Shown here in pieces: positions 54,365 through 64,000 of a DNA stretch of 64,000 nucleotides (its first letter is position 1; every line of letters starts with the position of its first letter). The translations under genes and the position numbers were made by a program. Below the pieces are notes generated by a model. The model made no database searches. It was not told the origin of the DNA and worked only from the letters and a program-made list of their open reading frames with translations. Source of the DNA: Tubulanus polymorphus (taxonomy: Eukaryota; Animalia; Nemertea). The stretch lies in the NCBI RefSeq assembly GCF_964204645.1, contig NC_134027.1:2078485-2142484 (forward strand), given 5' to 3'.

Positions 54365-55897
54365 TGTACAATGTGGTTCTACCCGTTTCAGCTACGAGTC
54401 AATAGTAAGACTAGCGGAAAAATCTCGGTTCACAAAAATGTCTATATATAATAGTGTATCTAAAAGAACATTCAGTTGAAGCTGTTTGCACTAGAATATG
54501 ACTGTGGTTTCAAATGACTCATTCTACGATGTTGTTATTCTATTATTTTTAGGGTTTGGGTGAGAATTTAATGACCTTTCACCGTGGAGTCTGCAGCCAG
54601 ACGAGAGGACATCCTTCCTAAAACTGATTTTATCAAACATCCTGATCGTATAAATTTATGATCTACTGTAAATGTTGAATAAGCCGCGGTTTGAACGCAT
54701 GAAACAGGGAAAGTTTCACTACTCATGTGCAGCGCGTATTCATCCGTTGATCGCGGTAACTCTGAAAATATGTGTCTAGAAAATTAATAAATATTCTATG
54801 ATTAGTTTGCCGATGCTCGAGCCGCTCGTCAAGTGTGAATAATTGCTTTATTACTGAATGAATAACGATTCTTGAAAAACCCCTAGTAATTTCATATATC
54901 TGGCGATCTTGAGACTTATACTTACTATAGTTATTACTGTGCTCAGAATATAAATTATTTGATTGAAATGGTTGTATATGTATATATAATGAAATAGTCG
55001 TATGCATTCGATGATATATGTAGTTTTTTTACGACGTCATGGGTACGCCATTGTACGCATTGACCGTCCATTTGACACTTAACGTCACAAAAAAATGAAA
55101 TGAATAATTTTGAAAATGTCTGCATTTTGAATGAATAAAGGATTCGATGCCTATTGTAAATGGACTTACGTTTTATTGTTACTGGTAGAGGTTTCGAGGA
55201 CCTGGACATAAAGACCTTCATTGAGGAGGACGGACTAATAAACAACACTTAACAGTTCCTATTTACCGACGCCCCAAATAACCATATTCATCGAACGACT
55301 TTCCAGGATCTCCTGTAAAATAAAGAAGTCACCCAGTGCCCCATCGCGAAATCTGAAAATATGTGCATATGGTCTACAAACAGCAATTTCAGCTAAAAAA
55401 ACAAATTTTTGAAAAATTGCGTCGTAAACAATAGACCAATTGAAAACCGTGTCGAAATAATTTGTTCTCATCAGTAATCGTAGCAATAACTCATGTGGTA
55501 GGCATGTATGGGCGGTGTATATAAGATGTATCTTACTGAAGGAATGCAAGCGTTTGATTAAAAACAAGAAGTGTATCGAGTTGTATGTGATAAAGGAGGA
55601 AACACGATACAGCGCGATGACCTGAAATCTCGACGCTGTTTTTCACTGACTGGTAGACGTCGAGTTGATCCAGTGGTGGCCAGTCGTTAGTTCCCGTCAA
55701 CGCCTCGAGCTGCAACCCGCCGGATATACACAAATTGTTTATTGAGGATTTTTTTTAAATGAAAAAAAAAACGATTCACATGCAGGCTTTGAATAATATT
55801 TTGACGGATTAATTGTTGGTATTTCTATCAAGCAGTCATAATCCATACAGAGTTGCAGATATTTATGCGCGTGAGATACAAATATACACGAGTGAAA

Positions 55898-59304
<3,407 letters not shown>

Positions 59305-60481
59305 TGTAGTGTTTGTTATACTGTGTATTTGTAATGAGAGAACTGAAAAAAACTGAAGCGGTTGGTTCCAGAATCTGATAAGCATCTGATACGAGGCGAA
59401 CTCCAACAGAGAACGGCAGCAGTTCAGTAAGAATGATTAGAATGATTTGTTAATATAAAAATATTCGAGTGATTCCTTGTAAATAGTTATTACTATAAGT
59501 ATAGAGGTTTTTGTATGTTTATTATAATCCATGCATATGCGTATCGTTATAAGATGTACAGAACGTTTTTAATTCTAAACGCCTTAAATGTATTATAAAA
59601 ATTTATGATAGAAAGCAATGCGCATTAGTTCCACATCATATATCTTATGATCCAGAATCTTTAAAATCGATTAATGAATTCATTGACATAGACACGTATT
59701 TTAAATTCCAATATGATAATTCAGTGCTTTAGACTGAGATTTGTATCGTTTTCGTCGCTATATTGTAAAGAATCATTGTATGTATTATTGTATGACGAAC
59801 AAATTCATTCGGTTTATATCGAATAAATGGATGTCCAGCAAGTTTAACGTCTTTGTTTCCTCCTCATTATAAATATCATCGGTCAACGAAATTCATATTC
59901 TAAGTTTTCAACAAGAATCTCGCAAGACGACTTGCGCGTAAAAGGATCACTGGAACATTGTGAAACCATGGGTATCATCGTGATGTCGCGTAGAACTGGC
60001 CGTGAAAAAAATCCCTGAGTTGTCTAAAGTGAGAATTCCATGATTTTCCCTGCACAGCACAATGAATTCAGAATTCCCTGACAACCGATTCTGAATGTAA
60101 TGAAGAGAGACAATACGATTATCATAATAACAAATTTTATTTAATAGCTTGATACAAAAATATATACAGTGTAAGCGTTCATAGACACGTCTCATTGGTA
60201 GCAGATTTCAATCTAAATTCTTTTAGATAATAACAATATAATGAATTGCACAGATTTTAATTTGACTAGAAATAAATCAGTTATTTAATCAGATGCAGAA
60301 AAGAATCTTAATGAAAAACACAAAAAAAAGAAGCAAAATGAGATTGTTACAGACTGCGCATTATCGTCTCATCTCAACAAGACACAGAAAAACTAAATCA
60401 TTCCAATAACTTGCAAATACGGTAGATATTGTTTTGGATATATGGAATATCAATTGTTCAGATTACAAAGCAATTTGAATG

Positions 60482-63400
60482 TTACGCGTATGAATTGCCA
60501 TTCGTTATTAGATTTGGTAGCGGAACCTTCCTCAAACAGAGAAGATGGAATTTCATATTGGCTTTGAATTGATTCAGAAGATCTTCGAACAATCTACAAA
60601 TGAGAAAACACGAAATTAACTACAGTTTGACGAGCTTTTATTCCGTAGATGAAGATAACAGAAACTTACTTTTTATCGTTAGTAGTCGTAATCTCTTGAA
60701 CGCTGTTTAAAGCCTCTTGAAATGCAGCACTGGAAATTGAATACAATCGCTGTTTATTTCGATAGACAAGTGACCATGTATTATTCAATTGGGGAAAAGA
60801 CCGACTATTATGAAGACCTAACTAAGAGAGGACTGACATGTGAACTCCATTCTATAAGCCGTTTTCAAAACTAAAAGCTCTTTTGAATACGGCTTGTAGA
60901 GTTGAGTCGGAACGTCACTACTCACTCTCTTCATCATAATTGACGGCAGTTTCTTCAATATCTCGTGTTTCAATTTTGTATATTAAATAGATTACTTACT
61001 TAGCATCATTAGTTTTATACAATTCTACAGCGTCCCACAATGAAATCAGTTCTAATCGAGCCTGAATAGCGCCGTAGTTACTGAACGCTGTAACGCATTG
61101 CACAAGTCTCAGTAATTCCTCACAAACGGCTTGAACGACTTTATACATAACCCTCGGTACAAAACCGGGTGAGATTGCGTAAACCTCTGCGTGAACGGAA
61201 ATCAATCCTAGAAGCGCTTGTTTTATATAGGTACGAACACCTGAAACAATATCGCAAAATTAGAATTGGTAAAACAGGGTCTCTTCCTGGAGTTTTCAAG
61301 GAGAAAACTTGAAATTTCAAGGGAGTGTCTGCAACATTTGCATATCCCAATTACAGAAGACTCCTCCTAAATTGGTACTGTTTATCTTGGTAAACCATTT
61401 ATTCAGTGGTTTTGTAACAAATTCTCATCCTTAAGACTTCCTAAACTCAGTTTTTAATTTGGCAATCACCTTATTACGTAGAAATCCAGGTCCCAACTGC
61501 ACCTATGTAGGCGTAGTCTAGGGGTAGGTGTAGAGTTTTTAAAGAATCAAGGAGTAGTAGGTACTCTGAATTTATACAGCAACGGTATATGATTCTTACC
61601 TTTTGGTTTGGAACAGTTCTTCCAGTCGAATCGTCCGGCGTACATATTTTGTTCTAAGACACCTACTATCGGATTGGATTTCTCTTCGATGTAGGCTTCG
61701 AATAGTTTTTCATCCAGATCATCGAATGTCATCTGAGCGGACTGAAAGATAATAAAATGAAATTTAAAATTAAACATAGAAGACATAAATAAACTTGTTA
61801 CTCGTACACGTAGATATAGTTATCATAAACTTACCCTGAAAACTTTATTCATTTCTGGATATCCGTGTTTTTCAAAGTTATCAATCAGTCGTGGAATGAT
61901 ATGCTCAATCGTGTTGTTACAGTTACTTAACATAATTATCAGACGTTTCTCCTACAAGTATCCAGGTATAACACGATGAAAACAGCCCCAGATAACCCGC
62001 ATTATCGACCCATTGTTTTACTTACCAGACATGGAACATTATCGCCGAGAGGCGATGGTGGAGATCGCGATAACACTGCGTATATCATAGGTAATGACTG
62101 ACTTCTTTTCCTAAGAAATACGGGTAAATTTGAAAACAAAATTTCACCGGTTTCGATTTCGTGAATATTCGAACTGTCATCATTCATTACCTCGACCTGT
62201 CTTTAGTTGCAGTACCATGAAGCGCGAGTTCTTCTAAAACCGTCGCGAATCCTTGTAGAAGTTGAGTGCACAGCGATGTGGCTTCTTTTTGAATTGTTCT
62301 TTGAGTGAAGATCTGCAGAAGAATGATGTGATGGGGATACAATAAATGCACTAAAAGGAATTTGGGAGAAAATTCAGTAGAAAATAGACAAATACCTCTG
62401 TTTCTTTCTCCTTGATTTTCATGACAACTTCGTGTAAATGTTGAATGGTATCATTGATGATATTCTCAAACAATACAGGCTGAAATATCGAGAAAAGCTC
62501 AAATGAATCATGAGAGTGAATTCACTATAACAAACCAGTGAGATCAATCTGTTCTTTACCAATTGAGTTGTTCCTCCAAATTCATCACTAGATTCCACGT
62601 CCCACGTTTCCCTCGTGTGTAGATTATGAATATCTATAATATGAAGAAGTGGTCATAATCCATTTATCGCAATCTCAAAGATCATTTAGAGCTGTAATAA
62701 TAATATTCTCAATTCCTACCATCAAGGGCTGACTTTAATAGAGTCGTCATGCAATGAGCTCTCATATCAAAAGCTAAATCTTGCAGCACATCTAATGAAT
62801 CTCCTGGTAAATCAGTGTTTGTTAGAGACATGACGCAAGACCTTTAATAGAACATAATGGATTGGTCAATTTTCCTAGAAACATTAACCTTCATAACAAT
62901 CGATGAAACAACTAAATTGAAAACTCCCACCATGACACGTATTCAGTACTAACCGTACATATCTAACACAATGAGGAAGCCATGCTCCAGGTATATCCAA
63001 TCGGGCATCAGGCCAATAACCAAATATTTCTCTTTTAGTCTTATCCCGTGATAAATTCTCCAGGGTCACTGGCAGAAAGGCAGCTCTCAGTAAATTTGTG
63101 AACAAATTTATGACTTCTTGGATCATTTCCTACCCAGGAATAGAACAGAAAGGGTTAAGATAATAAAAATCCGTTCATTCTATTCACTAAGCTTTTTTCA
63201 CTTGGGTCTAACCTTAAATTGTGCATGTTTGCTCGTATCAACCTTCAGTTTTTGTTCACCAGACTGAAAAGATAAATAGTCAGTGCTTACATTACGAATA
63301 ATAAACAATTCATATAGATACAGATAATATCACAGTACAAACTTCTTTCAGAACAAGTTGTCCAGCGAAATAGGCTTGGCCGAGTTTCCAAAGATCTGGA

Positions 63401-63491
63401 AATGTCTCAGTGATAGTAGCAGTCAGTTCTTCTACGAATTGAACTTTCTGTGGAATTCTAACTTGAGATGATGTCGTGTTGTTATTACCAC
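60482..63491 (-). CDS. EXOC2: Exocyst complex component 2 (Sec5), 3' part; gene continues beyond the right edge
   Basis: About 12 exons. FPDLWKLGQAYF, GAWLPHCVRYVR, LHTRETWDV, RLIIMLSNC, LDEKLFEAYIEEKSNPIVGVLEQNMYAGRFDW, VHAEVYAISP, GAIQARLE; TAA ends at 60482. Confidence 0.95.
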
Positions 63492-64000
63492 CTACAAAAA
63501 CAAACACGACAAATTGTGTTTGTGAACTGAACAACGCCCATAAACTGCGTGAATTTGTTTTACAAGAATAGAATTATCTGGAAGACGTTGACAAACATCA
63601 TTTACTACTAAAGCATAAAAAACCTACCACAAACACCTGAACAAAAATACATTCAACAATATGCAGTTTTAATAAACCTTGTGTTCAGACAATTATCTAT
63701 TAATTGCAAGTAAGACATCGTGTGTGTGTTTGTGTGCGCGAATAGATTTTTAGCATAGTTTCTAAATTGCAGAGCTTTTTTTATAGTAGATGATTCATGA
63801 GTACGATATTCTTAAAACTACAAATCTTTCATTGAATTGTTATTCAGCCTGCTCAATTATGTGCTACCTAAACTCTACCACAAGTGCATTTACTTTCACT
63901 ACAACACACCTACCCAAACCTAATACGTACATAAATAAAATTGCAATTCTATTTGCATCGCTTTTATATACAACTAATGGAATGTACATTTCACTTTTTA

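Overview
This is AT-rich, intron-containing animal (invertebrate-like) nuclear DNA; the species cannot be determined from the sequence. Positions 1-20 kb hold the first coding exon of a Tbx15/18/22-like T-box gene (minus strand) and a long non-coding upstream region with TE relics. At 20.7-27.1 kb are two tandem secreted-protein genes that share promoter, non-coding exon 1, signal peptide and 3'UTR exon but have unrelated mature regions (one Tyr/Gly/Ser/Thr-rich, one poly-Ser/Glu); orphan 3'UTR relics of further copies lie at 15.6-16.1 kb. From 28 to 64 kb is a compact gene cluster: SLC66A2/PQLC1, RNF166-like, RAD18-like, TIMM17, UXT, FAM185A-like, NOL9, a mucin-type membrane protein with a podocalyxin/CD34-like tail, and the 3' part of EXOC2. 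Several MITE families are present, plus a three-copy non-autonomous element with 9-10 bp TSDs. The top leads are the secreted-protein cassette family (candidate glue/tube/matrix system) and the invertebrate podocalyxin-like gene. Exon boundaries were read by eye and all homologies come from recalled family motifs, not database searches.
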